A stretch of DNA of 64,000 nucleotides from Podarcis vaucheri. Its lineage: Eukaryota. The DNA lies in assembly GCA_965113315.1 (NCBI GenBank), contig OZ220365.1, one strand, 5' to 3'. The notes under the pieces are model-generated. The model did not search any database. It was not told the origin of the DNA and saw only the letters and a program-made list of their open reading frames with translations. Position numbers and translations under genes: made by a program. Positions 1 to 10,630 of the stretch are shown in pieces (within the stretch, counting starts at the first letter, position 1; each line of letters opens with the position of its first letter).

Positions 1-170
1 GCCACTGCAACCATAACTAGTTCATAATTTAAACAGCACTTCTATGCTTGAAGACAACAAGATTCCCAAATATTTCATAGGCTTAACTATCCAATTAATT
101 CCACTTACTTTAATCGAATTTGCTTAATAGATTGTAACACATTCCTTCCCATAATTTCAGATTCTGTGTC
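1..170 (-). mobile_element. Old L1-clade LINE ORF2 fragment (end of RT domain), frameshifted
   Basis: Reverse-strand translation gives ...ESEIMGRNV...INWIVKPMKYLGILLSSSIEVLFK(L/N)YE. These match the xKSEIM / KYLGI / LFxxNY motifs that follow L1 RT. Confidence 0.7.
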
Positions 171-171
171 T

Positions 172-2117
172 AGATATCAGATACAAAGACAATATGGGAT
201 GCAAGTAAAGCTTTCATATACAATAAAGTGCAATAAAGAAAAGAGAGCAAAAACTAGAACAAATAAGGAAAGCTATAGGAATAAATGAAAAAATATTAGC
301 AAAACAACAAAAAAATGAATGAATAAGCCCAAAATTAAAAATATTACAAACTCAAGCATCAGCAATATTAAAAAGTGAAATCGAAGATAATATAAAATGG
401 ATGAAACAAAGGTCATTCGAATTCACAAATAAACCAGGAAAGATGTTGGCCTGACAATTGAAAAAGAGACAGAAGGAAAAATTAATTGATAAAATAGTGG
501 AAGAAGGGAGAACTTTAGACAATCCTGGGGAAGTTAAAAAGTGCTTTATAAAATACTATAAAAAGTTATACAAAGCTGGAACTGAGAGAGACGAAGAAAT
601 AACAAAGTATCTATGTGGAAAGGAAAATCCCTAAAATCAGGAAAGAAAAGATTCAAGATGTAAACTCCCCAATAACCATGATGGAGCTACAACAAGTGAT
701 AATTAAGATGAAACTGGGAAAATCCCCAGGCCCAGAAGGTCTTACCGCAACACATTACAAAAAAAGAATCACTATTGTCACCAATGAAAACACTCATAAA
801 TAGAGTACTAGAAGATGGGAAGCCTCCCAATACTTGGAAGCAGGCTCATATAGTAGTAATGCCAAAACAATAGAATAAAGAGTTTATAAATAATTATAGA
901 CCAATATCACTACTTAATAATAATTACAAAATCTATGCATAAATATTGGCAACAAGATTACAGACAGTTTTGCAGGATTGTATAAACAAAGAGCAGGCAG
1001 GGTTCTTGCCAGGGAGGAAAATGAGTGATAATGTAAGAATAGTGATTGATATGATTGAGTACTTAGACATGAAACTGAATAAGAAGGTAGCTTTTATATT
1101 TGTGGACGCAGAAAAGGCGTTTGATAAAGTTTCATGGAAATTCCTAAAAACAATATTAGATCAGATGGAAATGGGAGATCAAATTACAAGAGGCCTAAAA
1201 GTAATCTATGAACAACAGGAAGTAACCATAATAATAAATAATGATATGATTGATTTTTTAAAAATACAGAAGGGCACTAGACAAGGGTGCCCACTTTCAC
1301 CATTATTATTCATTCTGGTCCTGGAAATATTAAATCAAGAAATTAGACTAGATGAAGAAATAAAAGGAATATCCCTAGAGGAGAAATCATATAAAATACG
1401 GGCATTTGCAGATGATTTAGTGCTAATGGTTGAAAACCCAAAAGAAAGCATCGCAAAGGCTCTAGAAAAAATGGGAAACTTTGGAAAGGTTTCAAGTTTT
1501 GCTTTGAATAAGGAGAAAATGAAACTAATGGTTAAAAACATGGGAGATCAGGAGGAAAAGGAACTGGTAGAAAAATTTGGACTACAAATTGTAAAAAAAA
1601 AGTTAAATATTTAGGAATTCAAATAACAATGAAACATATAAATTTGTTCGAAGATAATTATGAAAAAAAATGGGAAGAAATAAAAAGAGAAATGGAAATT
1701 TGGACAAGACTGAATTTAACACTTTGGGGTAGAATTTCAGCTATTAAAATGAATATCTTACCCAAACTCCTGTTCCTTTTTTAAATGATCCCCATAATAG
1801 GTAAAGAAGAATGTTTTAAAAAATGGAAATCGGACCTAGCAAAATTTATTTGGCAAGGTAAAAAGCCACAGATAAAACATAAATTATTAACAGACATAAA
1901 AGAGCGGGATGGCTTTGGACTCCCAGACCTGAGAATATATTATGATGTTGCATGTTTTAGTTGGATCAGAGACTGGATTGCACTAGATAATAATGATATC
2001 TTAGACTTAGAGGGATGGAACAACAGATATGGCTGGCATGCCTATCTAATTTACAGCAAAGTGGTGGTGCATAAAGAATTTCTAAGTAATATAATCAGAA
2101 AGGTTTGGGTGAGATAC
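172..2117 (+). mobile_element. L1 LINE ORF2 fragment (post-endonuclease linker, RT, thumb), with stops and frameshifts, 5' and 3' truncated
   Basis: The sense strand is A-rich. Motifs: TIWDASKAF (~196), KSPGPEG (~720), NYRPISLLN (~892), DAEKAFDKVSW, GTRQGCPLSPLLF, FADDL (ORF 946-1614), KYLGI (~1605), GRISAIKMNILPKLLFLF, KERDGFGLPDL (ORF 1785-2174). Confidence 0.95.
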
Positions 2118-2712
2118 AGTCCAAGTCCTGTCCATGGTCAAAGGTACAACATGGAGGCAGTTCATAGTAGCTGAAGTTTGATGCAGGGCAGGGAGTCGGA
2201 TGAAGTCAGGGACAGGCATGCAAACAGGGAGCCAGGGCGGGTCAGGAGCTCAGGCAGGTAAGCAGGACATTGTCCAGGCAGGAACTAGCAACCAACAATG
2301 TTGCTCCCGCAACTTGGGACTGGGGCTGGCCGGCTTTTATCTGCCCCAAGGCATAGGGCAGCCCCGATCCTCTGGTGACTCGGCTCTCCTGGACTGGAGG
2401 CGAGCATTCCTCCTGCGGGAACTTAGTTCCCTCCGCCTCTCTGCCCTGAGCCTCTGCAGCCCAGGAGAGGCTGGAGGGTTACTGGACCCAGAGGCAACCT
2501 CAGCTTCCTCTGACGGGGCTGAGAGTGGAGCACCTGCAGGCAATGGGTCCTCCATCACCTCAGGAGCCAGAGAAGACTCAACCTGTACCCAAGGATCCAG
2601 CACAGGTGAGGACCCTTCAGGCTCATGCCCCAGCCCCGGCTCAGCTGGTTCTGGAGGTGGGGAATCCTGTGCAGGCTGGGATTCCTCAGGTTCCGAGTCC
2701 CAGGCCATCACA
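2110..2712 (-). mobile_element. LTR of an LTR retrotransposon (Gypsy/ERV-like); 5' TG end intact, 3' end truncated
   Basis: Abrupt switch to GC-rich sequence. The minus strand starts TGTGATGG at 2712 and has a TATA-like GATAAAAG at ~2335-2342. It contains a 124-codon acidic/Arg-rich ORF (2337-2711). No TSD because the other end is lost. Confidence 0.7.
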
Positions 2713-2843
2713 GCTATATTGCTTGCTAACCTGCCTCCGACGGTTGTTATGGGGATGAAATAGACAGCGGAGGGAGAGAACCATGTGTGCCACCTTGGGC
2801 TCCTTTGAGGAAAATTAGGATAGAAATGTATAAATAAATAAAT
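2713..2843 (+). mobile_element. 3' half of a MIR/CORE-type squamate SINE
   Basis: CORE-like ACCT..GGTTGTTATGGGGATGAAAT, then GAGAACCATGTGTGCCACCTTGGGCTCCTT and a (TAAA)n tail. Confidence 0.6.
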
Positions 2844-4300
2844 TTAAAAACTACAGCCACCTGGACAAGTGGCTAGCTAGCAAAAAGGCCTCTTACTGGC
2901 ACATATGTAGCAATGCCCCCTGTGAGCAGCAGAAGTTCATGACGTTCCATCATTCTCAGGGAGATTTAGACAGATAAAAACATGGCTGTCTGCCTCTGGA
3001 AGATCAGTGCAGAAGTAGAACAGGGTTCCCTTTAGTCCCATTAGGAAACAGGATGGAATGGACTTACAAGTGAGTGGTGCATGTATCCCTATTTTGGATA
3101 TTTCTTTTCCTTTCCTGGGAAATTATCCTGTGTCTCCGAGTTTGTGTGTGGGATAAATATATTCCAGTTCCAGTACATTGGGTTTCTGTGCTACATTTTT
3201 CACACACTTGTAATTGTTGTTAGCAAGCCTGACAGTCATCCATCTTTGCCATGCAGCCAGTTCCTTTAAAATAAAAAATAAAAACCTGCCTGCTCGCAAA
3301 CTAATATTCACTCAGGAACACCTGCACACGAGTCATACACAGCTGTACATTTGTCAATACCAAGCCAGCTGTAGATGATTCCATATGGCATTTCCCCTCC
3401 ATTTAAATCAGGCTCAGAAACAAACACAACATAAGAAAAAGCCGCTGCAGTATGATAATTAGGCTTTATCACAGCTACAGTCTTCATACCATCAGATTGG
3501 TGTAGTAGCATGTGCAGAGATGGGGAGATGGTTGTACTTAAAACTGGTATAAATGATCCAGAGCACAGTAGCTCAGTCTGGATTTCAGAAGACATCAGAA
3601 GGTACTATTTGATTTCCTGTGCACCTCTCTGTGGTGAGTGACTCCAATGAAAAGGGACAAGAGTAAAAGCAGGAGTAATTCAAGAAACACCAGAAAAAGT
3701 TATCTAGGAAAACATGGGAGAATTAAATAGTCTTCATCTGGCATCAGAAACAGCAGCAAGGTCATCTGCACCAATCAAGTGCTCATTGTAGAAAACATTA
3801 TGTTACTAGGGTGTCACCACTGAAGAGGCCCTATTTTTGTTTGTCACCTACTGAAGGAACCTAGCACTAAGAGATGGGGGTTCATGGGAATAGGTAGTTC
3901 CCTGAGGAAAATGGGGGGGCATATTGAATTGTACCTATAAGCAAATTAGAAAACTCCAAAGAACTTAAAAAATGGGCAGGATGTTAGGGTACCAGTAAAA
4001 TGTGCATGGATAAACCCCCAAATACCAGCACATTGCTTTGCTGCACTAACAGCTTGTCCACAGTTATTCTTCATGGACAAGTAGTAATGAGAGAAAGAAA
4101 CTACAGTATGTGTGTCGGTATCAGTTTTCTGTGTCAAGAGCCAATGAGGCCACATCTCTGATAGAGGTGGATCAATTTATCTTTGTCCCATTCTCATTTC
4201 AAGTGTGCATCAAAACGTGTGCATCTCATCCCATTTAGGTCCAGATTCCACACTATTTAGCTGCCCCAAGATGCTTTGGGACATTTTTAAAAGAAAGAAG

Positions 4301-4538
4301 GGGACATCTGCCACGGGTGCGAGAGGTACGGTCCCATTGCGTATAGGGTCCGTGTACTGTCACTTTATGGATGTTCCTGGGTATGTTTTCAGTTGCAGCT
4401 GGTCTATAAGCTTTGACTTGATGGAGGGCATACTGTTTTTCTCCCTCTTCTCTATTATTCCACTGCTGTTTTATCATATTCTAACTGCAAGACTGATGCT
4501 CTGCAAAGGGGCAGTGCTGCATTTTTAACCTGCATCAG
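4301..4538 (+). ncRNA. Cluster of three predicted RNA hairpins (unassigned structured RNA or cis-element)
   Basis: Hairpin 1: 4301-4310/4368-4377 with inner stem 4326-4335/4346-4355. Hairpin 2: 4381-4390/4424-4433 with inner stem 4391-4400/4409-4418. Hairpin 3: 4493-4499/4532-4538. The many G-U pairs only work on the + strand. No known RNA family recognised. Confidence 0.35.
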
Positions 4539-4720
4539 GAGCACGGGAAGGTTTCTCATCACCAGAGAGTTCCAAGCAATGTCTTCCCCTCCTCCTCCTT
4601 CTCTTTCCCCCCAGCTCAATTAAGAAACAACATCCCCCCCTTTTCTTTTCAGTGCCTTCCTTTTATCTACTCCTCTTCTCATGTTTCTGTTATTTCCCCA
4701 CCCCACCCCTTTACCCTTCA

Positions 4721-4741
4721 TCCCATGGCCGTGGTGCTGAA
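4721..4741 (-). promoter_or_regulatory. RE1/NRSE (REST-binding)-like site
   Basis: Minus strand TTCAGCACCACGGCCATGGGA versus consensus TTCAGCACCACGGACAGCGCC: first 13 nt identical, 16/21 overall. Confidence 0.5.
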
Positions 4742-4805
4742 TGCTGATGAGCTCCTGCTCCATTTAACCCAAGACATTCCTTTAACATTTTCTCTTCCTT
4801 TCAAG

Positions 4806-4850
4806 CGTTGGAAACATGAGATGAACTTTTACAGGTTCGGTACATGGAAG
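4806..4850 (+). other. Candidate 45-nt exon of an unidentified host transcript
   Basis: Acceptor TTTTCTCTTCCTTTCAAG| and donor AAG|GTAATC. Open only in phase 0 (RWKHEMNFYRFGTWK); alternatively it ends in ATG GAA G|. Confidence 0.4.
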
Positions 4851-6406
4851 GTAATCGGATGAGAAGTTTGCACTCTTTGCATTTCCCCCATGGGCTGGAA
4901 AAGAAAAAGAAAGGGGGAGGGGAGAGGAGGAAAAAGAGTTGGGGTCTCTCAGTCCGGCTCATCTCTCCTGATGAGTAGCTGGTGGGGGAATCGGCTGCTG
5001 CATCCAAAGCAGGTGGTGGAGACTGCTGGCTGTTTTATTACTTTCTAAGGCTGGCTGTACCGGCAAATAATTGCTTAGGAGGATGAAGCATGCTGACTTT
5101 GACTCCTGCGCAACAGCAGAATTGTGTCACAATGGAAGCAAAGGCTGATGTTGCTTGTGGTGTACAGATTTTTAGTACAAATGTTTAGATGGTTGATCCA
5201 GGTCGACTCACAAAACTTTCCCCCTCATCACAAAATACAGCATTGGGGCAGGGGATAGGCTGAAGTACCAGCAGGCCAAGACTAATTCAGGAAGCTTCCC
5301 TGAACTCAGCTTGTTTCATTTATCTTGTCAATTCTACCTGGAATCTGTAGAAGGGAGTGTTGCTGCAGTTCAACAATGTTCCAGTCCCTGCAGTAAATTT
5401 GCTGTTCTGTGGGACCTGCTGAAAAATGCAGACTGTTTCCCTCCACTCTGCAGGGTAGCATTTAAACATGCAATCTCCCACCTGTAGTCTGAAACACAGG
5501 AAGGGCTGCATACATTACAGACTGCTTTGATTATGTGTTTTGCTAAGTGATATAACCACCTCTTTCTTGTTGGATCAAACTTACATATCAATGAAAACTG
5601 CCAACCGTTATGCATTAATCAAAACAGTAGTTCTATGAACAGGGGGGAAATGACAACAGTGGTAAATACGTTAATGGGGCATTTTGTCTATTTTCTGTGT
5701 TACTTCAGTACGCATTGGAAATATGGAATCTGGTGTCATTATGATAGCATGGGATAACTGCCTGATAAAATTATTAACATGACAATATTGATCATGCAGG
5801 GTGTTGAATTCAGAAACAGGAAACACAGTCTGCAAATCAGCTGTGTTGTTTAGGAGGCTCCTACACTTTAGCCTCCACAGCTCCAGAAAGCCCTAGATAT
5901 GTATTAGGAAACCACAAGGTTAAGGTGCCAGGGCCAGAAACTATGCCACTCAGTAGCTGCAGCAATGCCAGCTGCCTGGCTGTTCCTCCTGAGCCACCTT
6001 GGCTGTACCCTTCTGTTGGAGGACACAGATGTGTGTGCCACATGGACTGTCCTGCAGCAATATAGCCAGCCTGATCTTCTCATGTGCAGTCAGAATTGCC
6101 AGCTTCTGTACATGGATTGGTGAAGACACCATCTTGTCCTTTGCCTCAGGCAGCAAAATGTTTGGGGCCAGCTCTGCAAGGTGCCACACAACAACTGGTG
6201 CTTTTTCAAAAGACCTGCAAGTGCAATCACTAGGCTGGAATCTAAACCTATAAAAAACACTGCGAAAAATATATTGAATTTGCCATAAGTTCACCATTGC
6301 CATCTATTGTCACATTTATATAATGCACTTAAAACATTATATTTTCAGCTGTATAGCTGAGTCCTAGTGGTTTATTTACTGGTACCTTAATTTTACTACC
6401 TTAGCT

Positions 6407-6496
6407 TAGGGCTGCCATACGAACATTACTGGGATTTCCCAGACATTACGGGGATTTCAAAGGCAGAATTGACATCTGGGGAGAATTTCTGGGGAC

Positions 6497-6539
<43 letters not shown>

Positions 6540-6966
6540 GGTTTTATAAACAAGAATAATGTTATACAAACAAGTATACCAACTTTTCTCATGTCATTTG
6601 CATATCACAAAAATAGCATAATAAATGTGTAAAAAGATCTGCAACATGTGTTTCAATATTAGTGGTCAATGTATAAATTCTTGGTTTATGAATTGGTTTA
6701 AACAATTAGGAGGAAGAAGAAGGAAAAAGGGGGGGGAGCAGCAAGTGGGATTGTGTCGGGTGATTATGCTCCGGGGAGAATTCCCAAAAGGCGGTGCTTT
6801 GTCCTGGATATTAGGCAAGTTAACCGAAAAACTGTGGGTTGTTTTCTTTAATGGGTTTTTTGCATTTTTTGGGGGGGGGGAGCTCATCAACTTTGGGGTT
6901 TGTCTAAGAAAAGCTCAACAATTTTGGAGTGTCCTGGTTTTTACTTTTTGAAACATGGCAACCCTA
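6407..6966. mobile_element. Non-autonomous hAT DNA transposon (Blackjack-like TIRs), 560 bp, with internal (AAT)n at 6498-6539
   Basis: TIRs TAGGGCTGCCATA ... CATGGCAACCCTA. Perfect 8-bp TSD CCTTAGCT (6399-6406 and 6967-6974). Confidence 0.9.
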
Positions 6967-7032
6967 CCTTAGCTGGGCCTTTAAGAAAGCTGCAGGAGGA
7001 GCATAACGTGGCTAAAACTGATGGAGTAGAAA

Positions 7033-7195
7033 TAGTATCAAAGAAATGTAGAGTTGGAAGGGACCTTGAGTGTCATCTAGTCCAACCCCCTGCAATAGAG
7101 GAATCTCAACTAGATCATACATAACATGCAAACTCTGCTTAAAAAGTCTCAAGGAAGGAGAGTCCACCACCTCTTGTGGAAGTCTGTTCTACCGT
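7033..7195 (-). mobile_element. CR1 LINE 3' end fragment
   Basis: GTAGAGTTGGAAGGGACC..TCATCTAGTCCAACCCCCTGC..GAAGGAGAGTCCACCACCTC is the reverse complement of a typical CR1 3' terminus. Confidence 0.8.
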
Positions 7196-7242
7196 CCAGT
7201 CCTAGTATGAGCCACAGCCAATGGAGCCTAGATTCAGGCATC

Positions 7243-7430
7243 AAAAGGGCCACTGCTCGGGGGTGGAACAGCTGCCTTGCCTGCAGAAGGTTCCATGTTC
7301 AGTCCCTGACATCTCCAGGTAGGGCCATGAATGTCCTCTGCCTGGAGCCATCGACAGCCAGTGCAGCCAATCCTGAACTAGATATACCAACAGCCTGAGT
7401 CTAAATATTAGGCATTTCCTTATGTTTCTA
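7243..7430 (+). mobile_element. Old tRNA-headed SINE with CR1-like tail
   Basis: Degenerate A/B-box head (..GCAGAAGGTTCCATGTTCAGTCCCTGACATCTCCAGGTAGGGC) and tail ..GGCATTTCCTTATGTTTCTA. Homologous to the copies at 58884 and 59463. Confidence 0.7.
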
Positions 7431-7757
7431 AAAGTGTATTTGATGGAAACTGGGCTCTTCCAAATCCAGCTATCCAGCTAATGTGCTACCCTTACCTCTA
7501 TTTCTCTGCACCCTTTCGTTGATATGGCAGGTTGGGATCTCAAAAATAGCCTCCTTTTAGGCCTGAAGGTTGAAATAAAACTTTTGAAGGATTATGTTAG
7601 TATTTGGTATCTGCAGGGGAAAATGGGGAGAAAAGGCAAACAAATATACTGTTGATAGTGAAGCTATTAGTATGATGGAGTCAAACATTACAGTATCGAT
7701 CATATATAAGAAGAAAATGCAGGGACATTTATTTTTTGTAGAGTTTAACAATTTAGC

Positions 7758-7887
7758 NNNNNNNNNNNNNNNNNNNNNNNNNNNNNNNNNNNNNNNNNNN
7801 NNNNNNNNNNNNNNNNNNNNNNNNNNNNNNNNNNNNNNNNNNNNNNNNNNNNNNNNNNNNNNNNNNNNNNNNNNNNNNNNNNNNNNN
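7758..7887. other. Assembly gap (130 N)
   Basis: Run of N. Confidence 1.
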
Positions 7888-10494
7888 TTGCCTTTCTTAA
7901 GAAAAAAATATTCTGCCTTTTTCTAATTAACAAAAGGAAATAGGTGCACTGGATGATTGCAGTGAGCATATTCATTCCATTCGCACTGCTGTGTGGTATA
8001 AAGTGGGAATAATTTAACACCAAATTGTGATGTAAGCTCCAATAGACAAGGTGCTTGCATTATGCATGAGAGGGGGCTTTCATTATGTGATCCCCCCCCC
8101 ATTTGGTGCCACAATGTACCTCTTGGATCAATCCATGCGGGGGTGGGAGTAGGATATCTCAATGGTTTGGGAGTTTTCTCTGTACTGAATGTGTTGCATT
8201 CATATTGTCCTCATATATTCTCAGCTGTTATCTTGTTGCCGAAAATACATTCCAAAAATTCTGAAAGCGCATTTATTTTGTGGCAGAGCTTGCAGAGTTC
8301 CTGAATCTCCCCACCCCCCTTCTTCCCTCCCCATCCAATTAGAAGCCTCTGAACTCACTAGATATAATTTTTAATGTTTCTGCTAGTGGTATAAAGTTTT
8401 AAGATTAGTACCTTTGGAAATTGAATCTGATTTTTAATGATTATAGTGTCACATTTCCAGCCCAAAATACTTTTAAAATGTCATTAGCAGACATACCATT
8501 AATCATTTTGATATTTTTACCATTAAAATATCTTTCTTTTTTCATTAAAGAAATAATGAATTTGAAAGTAAAGATAGAATCTATAGCGTATTAATGGCAG
8601 GAGTGGAGACCAGATTAATATGCTTAATTCTCCTCTGCTCATGACATTTTTGGTTACGTGTGGCTTCTGTGCAAGATAACGGGAGCTAAGAAACAAATGG
8701 CTAAGCCTCAGTATTTTTATATTTCAGCCCTAAACACTTTCCCTCTATTCCGTAAGACTTTGCACATATGGCTTCTCCATTAATTTCAACAAAGGGATCA
8801 GCTCTACATTAACAAAGAATGACTCCACCCCACCCCCACCCCAATGAATGAGATAACATTTTATAGGCAAAAGCCATTCACCACAAAGTCACTGTACTCA
8901 ACAGTGACCATTAGAGAAGGACTGTTGTGACATTTATAGGGAATTAATTACCACTGATCTTGATGCAACCGGCCTTCATGAATACACTCAGCTGCATGGG
9001 AACCATTTTGTGTGGGAGAATATCATGTGAGCAACAGTGAGTAAGGTGACAATGCAAATAATATGGTGTGCATAATGCAATCGGGTGGGCAGGGCTAATC
9101 CCATGAAACTTGGGGTGCCAATAATGTGGGAAAGACCCAGTCATGCAGGAAAGCTGAGGTATTTCCCACATGACACAAGCACATGGGATAGCTCTAGTGA
9201 TCCACACGGCGCTCTCTCTTTCTCTGTGTGTCTCTCTCTCTGAAAGGAGTTTCTCTTCTAAATATTCATTCTGATCCAAAGCTCTTTGTTAACTTTGAAT
9301 ATGCTGTGCCATCCAAATTCTGTGCTTGCTATTAAATGCCCACCTGAAACAGAGCCCCAATGGTGGAACCACAGAGGTTATGTGGATTTCTGTTATGTGC
9401 CTAAATCTTAACATGCATGCTTAAAAATGGCTTCCTTGTTACCAAGTTCTATGAAACTTTTTATTGTCTAGAAGAGGTGTCAGAGTTCATCTTTCACACA
9501 GCTGGTTTGCTTAAGAGCTCAAGGTCAAAGCTATCCATATTTGCCTTTTCAAGTATTGCCTCATATTCAGGCACAGAAACAGAACCTTCTATTATGTTGG
9601 TGCAAAATTTGCAGAATCAACTGGATCAAAGTGCCTTTGACTTATTATTTTCCCTCAACTTTTCTGTTGATAGACACGCAAAGTGCCTTACACGAGTTTA
9701 AAAAAATAAAACATAAACAACAATCAAAGTAATCATTACATGTTGGTTTAAGACAGCGGCAGGTCAAAGCCAGTCAACTATTCTCCACCTGAGGAGTTTA
9801 ATTGCATGGTCAAAATCATCCCTAATCAAGCGAGACCCAAGCAGCACCTTTCACACAAAACTATAAACAGCAAAGACCTGATTTGCATCCTTGGTGGTAG
9901 CTGTTGGGATAGTATACTGTCGTTTTAAGAAGAACAATTTATATTACCACACAGAACTGGTTCCAGCTAGAAGATGGTGATCAGAGACGGTTTGTTATCC
10001 TAAAGCCATTTAAGTTAAAGTTTAATCTGTTTAAGTGAAGCAGAGCCTCACATGGCACCAGGAGTGGGGTTCCAAAGAGAAGTTGATTCAAAGGCAGGCC
10101 TCTCGCTGTGAGGAACAGAGGGAACTGCACAGATGGAAAATGTGAAGGGCCTTAAAGAGCTAGTGCTGTCAGATAATGCTGCTGCATCCTGTGAAAAACT
10201 GTGAGATATATATATTGGGAGGCAGCTGATTATGGTGAAAACAAGTAGAAATGAACAGAACTGTATTCTTGGGTATTGCAGGGCCAGAAATAATGGCATT
10301 CATAATAACATGAAAATTAGACACTCACTTATGATATGGTTCATCTTATCAATGGTTCATCTAGGGGTTTTGGGGTTGTTCCCAAATTAGCAGCATAATT
10401 TCAGGAAGGAAGATGAAACTATTCATATGGCATCAGCAATGACTTCTTTTGGCAGCTGATTTCTACTGTGGTTGAATATGCTATCTCCTTAGTG

Positions 10495-10630
10495 CAGGCA
10501 TAGGCAAACTTGGCTCTCCAGATGTTTTGGAACTACAACTTCCATCATCCCTAGCTAACAGGACCAGTGGTCAAGGATGATGGGAATTGTAGTCTCAAAA
10601 CATCTGGAGGGCTGAGTTTGCCTATACCTG
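10495..10630. mobile_element. hAT (Charlie/Buster-type) MITE, 136 bp
   Basis: Long imperfect palindrome CAGGCATAGGCAAACT...AGTTTGCCTATACCTG. Perfect 8-bp TSD CCTTAGTG (10487-10494, 10631-10638). Confidence 0.92.

Noticed and set aside
946-2174. RT ORFs as an active or domesticated gene
   Set aside because: Multiple stops and frameshifts and both ends missing; an ordinary decayed L1.
2200-2763. 187-aa Gly/Ser-rich ORF on +
   Set aside because: Antisense shadow of the GC-rich LTR; it crosses the LTR boundary.
4301-4440. H/ACA snoRNA, SECIS or a miR-448-like hairpin
   Set aside because: No ANANNA hinge or terminal ACA, and no AUGA/GA quartet. The resemblance to miR-448 on the minus strand is patchy and the G-U pattern favours the + strand.
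4844-4850. Dystrophin Dp427c or SGIP1 first exon (ATGGAAG|GT)
   Set aside because: Only 7 nt match, the upstream sequence does not match what I recall, and no downstream exon of either gene is visible.
4641-4910. MALAT1-like triple helix plus mascRNA
   Set aside because: TTTTCTTTT and an A-rich tract are present, but there is no second U-rich motif (TTTGCTTTT), no AAAAGCAAAA and no tRNA-like cloverleaf downstream.
4745-5010. Hammerhead ribozyme (CTGATGAG at 4745 and 4968)
   Set aside because: A stem II can be drawn after 4968, but the required GAAA and stem III/NUH are absent at both sites.
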